Shown here piece after piece: positions 16,584-26,152 of a stretch of DNA of 48,694 bases (its first letter is position 1; each line of letters begins with the position of its first letter). The DNA is from a virus (Duplodnaviria; Caudoviricetes). The notes below the pieces were generated by a model. The model searched no databases, had not been told where the DNA came from, and saw only the letters and a list, made by a program, of their open reading frames with translations. Both the position numbers and the translations under genes were made by a program. The stretch covers positions 1 through 48,694 of IMG/VR virus record IMGVR_UViG_3300033153_005799; one strand, 5' to 3'.

Positions 16584-16991
16584 TTATGGTTCTGATATTA
16601 CAAACAATAAATTCACAGGAATTGCTGAACCTGCAAAATTATAAGGGTAATCCACCTCGTTGGAATTGCCGCTTTCGCCAAAACTTGAGTTCCAAGATCT
16701 AACAATAAAGTACTTTGTTCCTGCACCTTCCAAAACCAAAATATAAGCTGATTCGTAAGTAGGAGCCGATGTACCATCATATGGCATTGTAATAATTGGA
16801 GTAGTCCCGTACACGCCCGAAGTATCAGACATATACACTCGCCATTCTTCAACCGGCCCTACCGGAGGTATAAGCTCTGGACAACCATTAACACAAGGTT
16901 GCTCCCATCGAAGCTTCACCGGCTTATCAACTGCAAATGCCACTCCTACCAAAAGTAAAAACACTACTAAAACTAAACAAACTCTTTTCAT
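16584..16991 (-). CDS. secreted fibronectin type III-like protein
   Basis: Sec signal ending AFA; VKLRW...WRVY...YFIVRS...ESGNSNEV. Confidence 0.7.
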   Translation of the reverse strand: MKRVCLVLVVFLLLVGVAFAVDKPVKLRWEQPCVNGCPELIPPVGPVEEWRVYMSDTSGVYGTTPIITMPYDGTSAPTYESAYILVLEGAGTKYFIVRSWNSSFGESGNSNEVDYPYNFAGSAIPVNLLFVISEP

Positions 16992-17012
16992 AGTTCACCT
17001 CCCTTTAATTAA

Positions 17013-17318
17013 CTATCTTAAAATTGCATCATACTCGACATGAATATGAGAGTAATGAACTACAACATCATACTTGTCACCAAGCATAAGACGTAACTCA
17101 CCTGCAATAACATTATATTCTGAGTTATCAAAATATCTCGTTCTTAAGTCTACTGCATAACCATAAGGATGAAGACTTGCAGCACTATGCACACCATCTA
17201 AAGTTGATGTGACTACAAGTTCTTGGTTATGTGATCTCCAAAGTTTATCGGCTTCAACAAGAACTTTCCTCATTTCTAATTTAAGTCCTGCTAATTTCAC
17301 TCCACTTTTAATTTTCAT
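17013..17318 (-). CDS. peptidase M15-type endolysin
   Basis: VTS...SLHPYGYAVDLR...HIHVEY zinc motif; start taken at MKIKSG. Confidence 0.8.
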   Translation of the reverse strand: MKIKSGVKLAGLKLEMRKVLVEADKLWRSHNQELVVTSTLDGVHSAASLHPYGYAVDLRTRYFDNSEYNVIAGELRLMLGDKYDVVVHYSHIHVEYDAILR

Positions 17319-17336
17319 ATTATCTCCACTTAGTCC

Positions 17337-17357
17337 AAGAAAAGTCAACGATTGACC
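17337..17357. promoter_or_regulatory. dispersed palindromic element, copy 5
   Basis: AAGAAAAGTCAA-CGA-TTGACC. Confidence 0.75.
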
Positions 17358-17485
17358 CGGTCAGCACATACATTTAGTTCTGAGCAAGTACCATCTTCCC
17401 TCATCCATAAACAAACGTCTCTGTATTTTGATTTTATTGAGTACTCACATATCTCTTGGTCTTTCCACACAGTAAACTTACACAT
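17345..17485 (-). CDS. 46-aa Cys-rich peptide (not in ORF track)
   Basis: MCKFTVWKDQEICEY...VCLW...TCSELNVC; fills intergenic gap. Confidence 0.4.
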   Translation of the reverse strand: MCKFTVWKDQEICEYSIKSKYRDVCLWMREDGTCSELNVCADRVNR

Positions 17486-17517
17486 AGTAATACCATTATA
17501 GTATCCTAAATTAACCA

Positions 17518-19026
17518 CTATGTTACAACAACCTGTGGGTCTATATAGATATAACCGTCTGCATCATACTTAGCCACAAAACATTGTATTCTTACTTTTG
17601 ACGCAGTTGCCGAAGCTATTCCAGTTACCTCTATATACTGAGTCCAATCAGATACACTACCCCTAATAGAACAGGTTTCATCTGATTCTTCTTTAGTTAT
17701 TGTGTACTCACTTGTATCATCGTAAGAATCCACGTACTCTACTTCAAGCCAGAGTTCAGAGGCTGTAAGAGATAGATCCTTACAGTTAACATAGTATCTG
17801 TAGGACTTACTTGTAGTGTCTGTTTCAAATTCATGACTAAAAATTAATACAGAAGTAAAATATTCGTAGAAAGGAAAGCTTACTTCTATTATTTTATCTG
17901 CCCCATCAGTTCTTTTATAAGGATCTCCAGATCCAGCTACAACACCTTTAGAAATAACCATTATATTGTTATATACTGAGACATGGTCACCTAAAACCTT
18001 TTGGTAATTTTCTATCTTAACACCTTCAAGATCTTCAGTGTTTACTCCCCCAAATTCAATCTTAGTTGTACTTCCCAACTTAACATCTACACCACGAATA
18101 ATATCTGCTCCATAAATATCTGCCTGCGCATTAACTTGTTCTACTCCAACATTTACATTATTAAGTACTGCTGGACCAGTATAATGAATTCCATATCCTC
18201 CCATATTATAGATAGCTAAGTTTGTAAGTATTCCTTCGCCCCTAAACCCTGCTTGGGAAGAGCCTGTAGCATTACCAGTTACAACCGTCCTGTCTATACA
18301 AGAGTTTCCATTAGAATATAACACATACCAATTATAAGTACTTGATATTAAAAACCCAACTATCTTTGAATTATTAGCTAAGTACACAACTCCTGTAGTT
18401 GAAATGCTATTTATAACCTCAAAATTACACATTTCAGCATATGTTCTACTAAGATTAAGCTTGTAAGCTGTTCCATTAAAATCAAGAACTGGTAAATCAT
18501 CTGCATCACTGTCCCAACCATCTATATCTGCTGGCTTACCGGAAAAATCCTCATCAGCTTCAATCTGAAATTTACCGTTTGCTGCGGAAACACCTGTGCC
18601 AGAATATTCTCTATCAATAATAAGAGTATTAGAATCTATTATTCTTGTTATAAGAAACTTACTTCCATTAGGAGCAGTTGCCCATCTTCCGCAATGCTCT
18701 GTCCTACTAAGTGTAACACCAACAACTAAATCAACAGTTGTACTTCCGTTTGTCCAACTTGCAGAAGTAATAGTTGTGTCTGGAAGAGCTGCTCTTGGCC
18801 AGCCAATAATACGTACATAATTACCAACTTCTCCTATTGCTGCTGGGTATAAATCAGATGTTGGAGAACCAGAATATTCTACGTGAGTTCTTCTAACCCA
18901 TACAATATCTCCAGCAGCTAAGGATTCTACTTCAAGTGCATTCTCTAAAGTAGCCCATGCAAGAGCTTGAGTTGTGCCATTATCTTCATCATCTCCTGAG
19001 TTTGAATCTACATAATAATTAGCCAT
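17518..19026 (-). CDS. beta-helix-containing fibre or receptor-binding protein
   Basis: YYVDSNSGDD.NG...AWATL start typical of parallel beta-helix proteins; N/G/I-rich coils. Confidence 0.6.
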   Translation of the reverse strand: MANYYVDSNSGDDEDNGTTQALAWATLENALEVESLAAGDIVWVRRTHVEYSGSPTSDLYPAAIGEVGNYVRIIGWPRAALPDTTITSASWTNGSTTVDLVVGVTLSRTEHCGRWATAPNGSKFLITRIIDSNTLIIDREYSGTGVSAANGKFQIEADEDFSGKPADIDGWDSDADDLPVLDFNGTAYKLNLSRTYAEMCNFEVINSISTTGVVYLANNSKIVGFLISSTYNWYVLYSNGNSCIDRTVVTGNATGSSQAGFRGEGILTNLAIYNMGGYGIHYTGPAVLNNVNVGVEQVNAQADIYGADIIRGVDVKLGSTTKIEFGGVNTEDLEGVKIENYQKVLGDHVSVYNNIMVISKGVVAGSGDPYKRTDGADKIIEVSFPFYEYFTSVLIFSHEFETDTTSKSYRYYVNCKDLSLTASELWLEVEYVDSYDDTSEYTITKEESDETCSIRGSVSDWTQYIEVTGIASATASKVRIQCFVAKYDADGYIYIDPQVVVT

Positions 19027-19036
19027 TGGATTTCCT

Positions 19037-19387
19037 CTATGGTATTTCCTTTACTTCAACTTTATAATCAACTTCGTACTGATTACCTTCATCAGTTGTT
19101 ATTCTGAAGGTTACAATATAAGGAGATTTAGTTACATCTCCACCTTCACCCTTAAGTCGCATGGAAAGCATATTGTCATCAAAGTCTCCATTTAAGTCAC
19201 TGTCAAGCCTTTTTGTACCTTGCTCCATAAATGTATCAGACACATCTGTACCATCAGCATCTTCAGCAACAACAGTACTTCCAACTAACGTAACCACTTC
19301 AGTTGAGTCATCTTCCTGCCATTCTAAGATAGAACCTGCAAGATAATAGGCTTCCCAATTTTGTTTTTTAACTGTTTTTATCCCCAT
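19037..19387 (-). CDS. small virion protein, possible fibre adaptor
   Basis: beta-rich 116 aa between fibre genes; YIVTFRITT motif. Confidence 0.45.
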   Translation of the reverse strand: MGIKTVKKQNWEAYYLAGSILEWQEDDSTEVVTLVGSTVVAEDADGTDVSDTFMEQGTKRLDSDLNGDFDDNMLSMRLKGEGGDVTKSPYIVTFRITTDEGNQYEVDYKVEVKEIP

Positions 19388-21282
19388 AGTGTTACCTCTT
19401 TAGCTCGTCTATTAATTGTGCTTTCAGCTTTTCTTGTAGAAACTGTTGTCTCTGCAGATCTTCTCTCAACTGTATCCTCTTTCTCTCTTCTAACTATAAA
19501 CTTAGGAAATGAATACGATAGGTCAGGCATTGCTACTGTAACATCTTCTGCTACAGTTATCGTTTCAAATGTATTAAGTGATATACTGCTTACTACTAAG
19601 GTTGTATCTTCAGTGATAGCAACACTATCAAATACATCAACCTCTATTCCAGCAGGTGCTCCAACCTCACAGGTTACATCCTCAGCAACTCCGACAGTAT
19701 CAAATACAGAGTGTTCTAAATTAGATAGTGTAACAGTTATATCTTCTTGTACTAGAACAGAGTCATATACACCAAGAATAACTGTACTTACTATAAGTGA
19801 TATATTTTCTTCAGTAGTAACAAGGTCAAACTCAGTAATATATAAAGTGCCAGCTTCTCCAACATCACAAGTTACATCTTCCACAACTCCAATATTATCA
19901 AAGGTGGAAAGTTGTACATCAGATATTAAACCAGAAACACTTTCGTCAATTGAGATAGAATCAAAGGTACTAAGAATAACTGTACTTACTGTTAAAGTTA
20001 CATCTTCATCTACTGTTGCAGTATCAAATACACTGACATCTAAATCATCTTGTGCTGTTATTGAAACAGTTACATCTTCTTCAAGTGTAGTACTGTCATA
20101 GAGGTCTACAGTCAGATCAGATAGTAGAACCTCAACATTTTCAGTTATACCAGCTTCATCAAATACAAGTGTCTGTAACTCATATATTGCAGTACTGACA
20201 TTTTCTTCAAGAGATATTGTATCAAAGACATCAGGTTCGAGTGCTGGCCCAGCGCCTACTTCAGTTGTAACATCTTCTTCAGTAGTTACGCCATCATAGA
20301 CATCTATTCCTGGAATATCTGTTATAAGTGTAACATCTTCACTTATACCTACTGACTCAAATTCATTAATACTAAGGTCAGGTTGTGCTTCAACTTCAAC
20401 TGTTACATCTTCCTCAAGAGTAATAGTATCATGTACTTCAAGTATAACAGAAGATAATATACCCTCAGAAGATTCTGCAACATCTACTAAATCATATACA
20501 TCTACTCCAGGAATATCTGTTACACTTTCAATATCCTCAGTAATAACTACTGCATCAAACTCATCAATATTAAGATTTGGTTCAGCACCAACTTCTGCTA
20601 TAACATCCTCAAGAATAGTAATGTCATCACTTGTACTTAATATTACATCAGATACTTTACCTTCAACATCTTCTACAATGCCTATTGAGTCATAAACATT
20701 TACAGTTAATAGTGCAACAAATTCAAAGACATGTTTTATAGAGTGATGACCATATGACCATGCAGGACTGGCATAGATTGTTTCACCAGAACTTGTAGCT
20801 TTTGCTACTGCCCCATAGCTCCAAACAGGAATAGTACTTAATGGAGGAACTGCTGAGACAGAAATATCTTCAGCTACAGAAACAGTATCAAACTCATTAA
20901 CATCTAAATCTGGGCCTGCTTCAACAACAGATGTAACATCCTCAGTTAGCGAGACCTCCTCAAACTCGTCAATATCTAAGTCAGGTTGTGCAGTAATATT
21001 AGCTGTTACATCTTCCTCAACAGTTATATCCTCACCGACACTTACTCCAAGGTCAGCTAATCTTGAAGTAATGTCTTCCTGTACTGTTAACTCTTCATAA
21101 ACAGAAACAGGTGGAATAGACGCAGCAGTAGCAATATCTTCAGCAACACCTACCGGACTGAAAACACTTATAGCGGAGACAAGAGTAGCAACTACTTGCT
21201 CTTGTACAGTAACATCTTCAGCTACATTAATAGCTAAGTCACTTAGACCAACTGCTACATTTTCTAATACTGTTACGCCCAT
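19378..21282 (-). CDS. acidic repeat protein (about 22-26-aa repeats), probable fibre component
   Basis: roughly twenty LxVxxFDxVxVxEDV units; basic C-terminal tail. Confidence 0.7.
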   Translation of the reverse strand: MGVTVLENVAVGLSDLAINVAEDVTVQEQVVATLVSAISVFSPVGVAEDIATAASIPPVSVYEELTVQEDITSRLADLGVSVGEDITVEEDVTANITAQPDLDIDEFEEVSLTEDVTSVVEAGPDLDVNEFDTVSVAEDISVSAVPPLSTIPVWSYGAVAKATSSGETIYASPAWSYGHHSIKHVFEFVALLTVNVYDSIGIVEDVEGKVSDVILSTSDDITILEDVIAEVGAEPNLNIDEFDAVVITEDIESVTDIPGVDVYDLVDVAESSEGILSSVILEVHDTITLEEDVTVEVEAQPDLSINEFESVGISEDVTLITDIPGIDVYDGVTTEEDVTTEVGAGPALEPDVFDTISLEENVSTAIYELQTLVFDEAGITENVEVLLSDLTVDLYDSTTLEEDVTVSITAQDDLDVSVFDTATVDEDVTLTVSTVILSTFDSISIDESVSGLISDVQLSTFDNIGVVEDVTCDVGEAGTLYITEFDLVTTEENISLIVSTVILGVYDSVLVQEDITVTLSNLEHSVFDTVGVAEDVTCEVGAPAGIEVDVFDSVAITEDTTLVVSSISLNTFETITVAEDVTVAMPDLSYSFPKFIVRREKEDTVERRSAETTVSTRKAESTINRRAKEVTLWG

Positions 21283-21289
21283 AAGTTAC

Positions 21290-22207
21290 CTACTTTTCTA
21301 CTATAGTAATGAACTGCTGTTCTTCTCCGTTAGCAGGATATTGAACTCCATTATTATCTATATGCCTGCAAAATATTGAAGTATCAATTAAAAAAGGAAA
21401 TTCTTTCTTTTGAAACTCAGGCCAGCCAGCTTTCTTAAAGATATTGTTCTTCATTATCCTTGTGCAAAGCTCCATATCCTCTGTACCAGATGACATAAAC
21501 CAGTTACCTGTTTCAGGGTCAAAATGACTTCTTGCAGGAGTTTCAAATATTTCCCTTGCCTTATATTTTCTGTTACCTCGTATAATCTCAATCTCAGGAC
21601 TCTCATCATAAAGGGCTTTAAGAATAGATGAATGAATCATAGTACAGCCCATTGGAAGTCCATCAGCCCAAACCTCTTCACCAAGTTTCCAGTCCGTGAA
21701 ATAGGAATTACCTCTACCTCTATAAATTAAAGGCTCACTTGGTTTACTTTTAGTAAAATATAAACCTGACCAGACCGGCACATCTCCTTTTAACATTCTA
21801 TCATTATACTTTAAAATCATGTTAGGTGGCGGAATAGTATCGTGGTCTATAAAGAGTAACCACTCAAAACCTCCCTCCACACAAGCAGAAGCAATAATAT
21901 TCCTTGCCCCAGATACCAGAAATCCCATAGGACTCCACTGATCTAAGAACTGAATACAATCAACTTGACTCCAATTACAAGGAATAACTTGACCATACCT
22001 TGCCAGCATCCATTCAGCTCTAACAAGTCCAGTCAATGGAACTCCTATCATTATTCTGTTTTGTGCAGCCTCTGCTGTACCAAATAACTTACCTGTATAC
22101 CCGTCTACAAGTAATTTTTCTTGTGGATTCTCTTCTATTTTATTTCTTAGTCGTGTCTGATGCTCTTCTTTGGTTTTCAGTCTTGGAACTTCCTCCTCTC
22201 TACACAT
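21290..22207 (-). CDS. GT-A fold (GT2-like) glycosyltransferase
   Basis: IMIGVP, ARN, WLLFIDHD (DxD), MGCTMI, TEDMELC, IDTSIFCRH. Confidence 0.8.
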   Translation of the reverse strand: MCREEEVPRLKTKEEHQTRLRNKIEENPQEKLLVDGYTGKLFGTAEAAQNRIMIGVPLTGLVRAEWMLARYGQVIPCNWSQVDCIQFLDQWSPMGFLVSGARNIIASACVEGGFEWLLFIDHDTIPPPNMILKYNDRMLKGDVPVWSGLYFTKSKPSEPLIYRGRGNSYFTDWKLGEEVWADGLPMGCTMIHSSILKALYDESPEIEIIRGNRKYKAREIFETPARSHFDPETGNWFMSSGTEDMELCTRIMKNNIFKKAGWPEFQKKEFPFLIDTSIFCRHIDNNGVQYPANGEEQQFITIVEK

Positions 22208-22680
22208 TATTCCTCCTCCTTTAACTTCCTAAGAATAACTTCCATATTACCTGTTTGTTGGTAAGCACTGAATTCAATCTTCCAAGGTTTAGGTTTGTAA
22301 ATCTCATACAAAGATGTACCTTTCTCAAAATAAGTAAAGGTAGCTTCATTAGCTGGGTTGCAGTGTGTTGGGTCTTGAATATAACCAAACGACCAGCCAT
22401 ACGGCATTGATAAAAGCAACTGTCCATTAACCTTAAGAATCCTCCATAACTCATTCATAAAGTCAATGGACAGCCAGGGTTTAATATGCTCATAAATATG
22501 AGAACCTTTAACAGTAAGACAACATTCATCATCCAAAGGATATGGAAAATCCTCAAGGTCATGAACTATATCAACACCTTCAAGCTCTCTCTTGTCCATT
22601 CCTGTAAACCCTTCTTGCTTATTACCGCCACAGCCAATATCCAGTAGGATACCTTTGTGTTCCTCAATACTTGTATTCAT
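22207..22680 (-). CDS. class I SAM-dependent methyltransferase (type 11-like)
   Basis: LDIGCG, VDIVHDL, SHIYEH, ELWRILKVNG, DPTH. Confidence 0.85.
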   Translation of the reverse strand: MNTSIEEHKGILLDIGCGGNKQEGFTGMDKRELEGVDIVHDLEDFPYPLDDECCLTVKGSHIYEHIKPWLSIDFMNELWRILKVNGQLLLSMPYGWSFGYIQDPTHCNPANEATFTYFEKGTSLYEIYKPKPWKIEFSAYQQTGNMEVILRKLKEEE

Positions 22681-22699
22681 AATACCTCCTTTCTATCTA

Positions 22700-23173
22700 T
22701 TATGAAAAGCGAATTTGGTAAGTACAGTTCACTGCTTGGTTTGTATCACAGGTAGAACCTGTATATGTATTACCTGCAAACAGTGAGTTCTCAGCACTTG
22801 AAGCAAACAGCCCGATATTATCAAGTGTAACCTGAGCAGCTACAAAGTTCTCAGATGACGCAAAAGTTACTACAAACTGAGCTGTTGTTGAGGCAATAAC
22901 GGAAAACTCTGGTACATTTCTTTGTGTGCTGGAAGTAATCTCTCCAGGTAAAGCTACCGCATCACTCGCAGGCACACCTCCAGTACCAAGAGCAACAAAA
23001 CCAACCTGCATTGAACCGGTAGTTCCAGCAATTAAATTACACAAGTAATTCAGGAAGCCTACATTTGTAATCTGGTTTGGCCCTACAAAACCTGAGTCAC
23101 CTTCTACCCTTCCATCAGAACCAACAATCTGTACTCGCGAAAAGCCTTCAATCTTAATTGGGTCTTTATTCAT
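22700..23173 (-). CDS. small beta-rich virion/fibre subunit
   Basis: NQITNVG...VALGTG...LPGEI...NIGLF pattern; start taken at MNKDP after AAGGAG. Confidence 0.6.
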   Translation of the reverse strand: MNKDPIKIEGFSRVQIVGSDGRVEGDSGFVGPNQITNVGFLNYLCNLIAGTTGSMQVGFVALGTGGVPASDAVALPGEITSSTQRNVPEFSVIASTTAQFVVTFASSENFVAAQVTLDNIGLFASSAENSLFAGNTYTGSTCDTNQAVNCTYQIRFS

Positions 23174-23184
23174 TTTCTTCTCCT

Positions 23185-24591
23185 TTACACTAAACAAGTT
23201 TCTGTTTCTGCACAGTCGTGCACGTTTACGGCTAAAGTTTCACCGCCTGCTATTATAGTCAGTTGTGGTGTAACCGTATAAGTATCCAACCCTTCTATTC
23301 TAAAATCATAACTCACCTCCCCTGCGTATTCAGTTGCTTTAAGACAGAATTCAACTTCTGTATATTTATCAGCATCCAGATCAATAGCATCTGCTGGATT
23401 ACTTGACTCATGAATTTTACCAGCTTGAAAGTCTCCAGTGTCTTTAGTAGCTGGAGCTAATAATTGAACTGTTGTTGCTGCCCCATCGACAAATTCATCA
23501 CTCAGTGATAGTACAAACTCATGTGCTATCTGGGATGTTATATCTTCTTCGAGTGTTACTGTCTCAAATACATCCACATCTAAGTCTGGTTGAGCAGTTA
23601 CCTCAGCAGTAACATCTTCCTCAGTACCTACTTCACCAAACTCATCAATAGATAAATCTGAAAGTTCTGCTGTAATATCTTCATCAACTGCTACCTCTTC
23701 ATAAGCATCAAGTAAGACAGCTCCATGTATACCCTCTACATATTCATCAACTGTAATACCTTCAAACTCATCTACTTCTAAGTCTGCTGCTGCTTCTGTT
23801 ACTTCTACATCTACATCTTCCAGTACTGTAACAGCATCAAACTCATCTGGTATTATTACAGTACCAACAACAGCTTCTACATTTTCAAGAACTGTAACTT
23901 CTTCATATTCATCTGGTATACTTAAGTCACCTACTACTGTAGTAAGTGTTGCAAGACAGACTCCGATGCTTACACCATCAGTTACATTATAAAGCTCAAA
24001 CTCATACTCTTTCCCACTAAGAATATTTGATGTGTCAATCGCCCATTGGCAAGCAGTCCATTCATCTACGCTAAGGGCATTATATGTCCAATCGTTTGCA
24101 CCCTCTCTTTGCATACCCAAACCAGTATCGTAGGTTGTTTGAATTGCACTAATACCACTCGCTGCTTCAAGTAAGGTGTTGCCATTTACAAGACTAGTAG
24201 TTCCATTATAAGTAAGTTGTCCAGTATTTCCAAGAGCAGCAAAATCACCGCCATCGCTTTTGTTTCTCCATCTGAGTTGAACAATCCTTGACCCACTTTG
24301 CGCCCCACTTTGAGAACCAAACCCAACAGATACAACAAAATCATATCCTCCAATCCAATCTATTACATCAACATCCTCATCAGCTTCAAATCCAAGTACA
24401 ATATTTAAAATTCGAGAGCCTTCATACTGAGGTGCTTTATTAGCCCCACCTATAAGATATTTTGGAACAGCTAACCCATATTTTTCAAAGAGCCAACACA
24501 GGTGGATCGGTTTCCAGCTTTTTATCCAGCGTGAAAAACCCACTTTGAAAACATCACCCAAAGTATATATGCTATGTTTGTTTGTCGCCAT
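23185..24591 (-). CDS. fibre-associated protein with central acidic repeats
   Basis: DLSIxEFxxVxVxEDV units between globular regions. Confidence 0.6.
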   Translation of the reverse strand: MATNKHSIYTLGDVFKVGFSRWIKSWKPIHLCWLFEKYGLAVPKYLIGGANKAPQYEGSRILNIVLGFEADEDVDVIDWIGGYDFVVSVGFGSQSGAQSGSRIVQLRWRNKSDGGDFAALGNTGQLTYNGTTSLVNGNTLLEAASGISAIQTTYDTGLGMQREGANDWTYNALSVDEWTACQWAIDTSNILSGKEYEFELYNVTDGVSIGVCLATLTTVVGDLSIPDEYEEVTVLENVEAVVGTVIIPDEFDAVTVLEDVDVEVTEAAADLEVDEFEGITVDEYVEGIHGAVLLDAYEEVAVDEDITAELSDLSIDEFGEVGTEEDVTAEVTAQPDLDVDVFETVTLEEDITSQIAHEFVLSLSDEFVDGAATTVQLLAPATKDTGDFQAGKIHESSNPADAIDLDADKYTEVEFCLKATEYAGEVSYDFRIEGLDTYTVTPQLTIIAGGETLAVNVHDCAETETCLV

Positions 24592-24833
24592 CTTATATTA
24601 CAGTATTCCTCTGGTGCTTCATATACACAACATTGAAAAGGTCTATCTATGTGATAATCACAAAGCCATTCATTAGCTCTAAATATTAAGTGTTCACATT
24701 TTACTCTTCGGCAACACTCTCCACACTTGTTGCATCGCTCAGTCTTTATGTACCATTTGCCTAAGTCTCTTTTTATAAAGATTTCGATCCCAGCAAAGAT
24801 GTATATGTTTCTTTCGTCTGTCCATTTAAGCAT
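24522..24833 (-). CDS. CxxCxxCC (YkgJ-like) cysteine-cluster protein
   Basis: RCNKCGECC...CEHL...LC...RPFQC. Confidence 0.7.
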   Translation of the reverse strand: MLKWTDERNIYIFAGIEIFIKRDLGKWYIKTERCNKCGECCRRVKCEHLIFRANEWLCDYHIDRPFQCCVYEAPEEYCNIRWRQTNIAYILWVMFSKWVFHAG

Positions 24834-26152
24834 TAGCTTGTTGGCATATCACGCCACACTGCGTCAGTTGTTTTCTTATATTGTATTTTAAATTGCTTTG
24901 CATCTGGGTCTTCAGAAGCATTTATCAAAAACCTCACTCGAGTACTAATTCCTCTTGCTCTGTTTATATCAATATCTTGCTCAGCAAGCCAAGTAGCTGC
25001 TGCTTCTGAATCATCATCATCTCGCCAGCGAAAGCCTTCCTGTTCTAAAACTATACCAATTACTTCTGCTATTACATCCTCTAAAACACTTACTGCTTCA
25101 TTCTCATCTATAACTAAGTCAGATAATATAGTTGTTATGTCTTCTACAAGATTTATTAAATCTGACTTATCTATTTTTAAATCTGACAATATTGTTGTTA
25201 TATCTTCTGTAAGACCTACAGTTTCAAATTCGTCTACTGATAAATCTTCTACTGCTGATACATACTCAAATGCTCCAATATCCCAAGCAGCGCCCCTCGC
25301 TGTCCCATCTATATCATCAGTATATCCACCATTAACAGTATCTGTGCCTTCTTCTATTGTATCTGTGCTGCCTACTTTAGTTGCATAATCTTCTGTACCA
25401 GCACCAGTATTCTCAAAAACTATTGTGCCGGATTGAATACTTTGCGCTCCACCATCATCCGTATCAGTTCCATCTGTGCAGTTATAGTTACTTGCCGTAA
25501 ACGTTCCGAGATAGGCTGATGTATCCCCACTACCATCTACAATGTTATTAATTGCTGTTAGTGTGCCGCCACCTTGTCTTATACCTCGTGTACATCCTGC
25601 AAACGTGTTGTTTTCTACATATGTTGTTCCCCCTGCGGCAGAAAAAATTCCAGTATTTTCTGACCCAGACATTTTATAAACAATATTGTTAAATATATAA
25701 ACATCATTTCCTGCTGCATTTGCTGACACCCAAATAGCATTTTCATAATTAACTGAATGTCCCTTTAAAAGGCATTTTTTTACTATTACATCGCCATCCT
25801 CAGTATTTAATATACGAATTCCATCATTATCAGTGGGACCAAGCTGTATATTATTAACAGTAAGTCCCATAAAAATATAAAAAGTGCCACTCGCTGGTGC
25901 TTCGTGCCGATATTTACTTGCACTATAAGATGTACTTGCTTCATTTCCTGCAATTGGTTTTATCTCGGCAAAATATGTACTTAGAGACGTAACTCCAAAA
26001 ACAAACGATGTAACATCAGCAGACCCAGAAGAACTACGACAGGTGGCCTCTACATCATCTGTCAACGTAGCAGCCAAACCAGCTTCCCATAGGCTTAAAC
26101 TTAAATAATCTGTTCCCCCGCCATCATCAGGGTCTATTATACTTGTTATCAT
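24833..26152 (-). CDS. right-handed beta-helix protein with acidic repeats
   Basis: IFNNIVY, VENNTF, AINNIV coils; DIDG..RG..WDIGAFEY; three EDI/EDV repeats. Confidence 0.65.
   Translation of the reverse strand: MITSIIDPDDGGGTDYLSLSLWEAGLAATLTDDVEATCRSSSGSADVTSFVFGVTSLSTYFAEIKPIAGNEASTSYSASKYRHEAPASGTFYIFMGLTVNNIQLGPTDNDGIRILNTEDGDVIVKKCLLKGHSVNYENAIWVSANAAGNDVYIFNNIVYKMSGSENTGIFSAAGGTTYVENNTFAGCTRGIRQGGGTLTAINNIVDGSGDTSAYLGTFTASNYNCTDGTDTDDGGAQSIQSGTIVFENTGAGTEDYATKVGSTDTIEEGTDTVNGGYTDDIDGTARGAAWDIGAFEYVSAVEDLSVDEFETVGLTEDITTILSDLKIDKSDLINLVEDITTILSDLVIDENEAVSVLEDVIAEVIGIVLEQEGFRWRDDDDSEAAATWLAEQDIDINRARGISTRVRFLINASEDPDAKQFKIQYKKTTDAVWRDMPTS

Noticed and set aside
19361-20101. 246-aa + strand ORF and many other antisense ORFs in the ORF track
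   Set aside because: They shadow well-supported genes on the opposite strand, lack RBSs and reflect biased codon use of repeat or low-complexity proteins.
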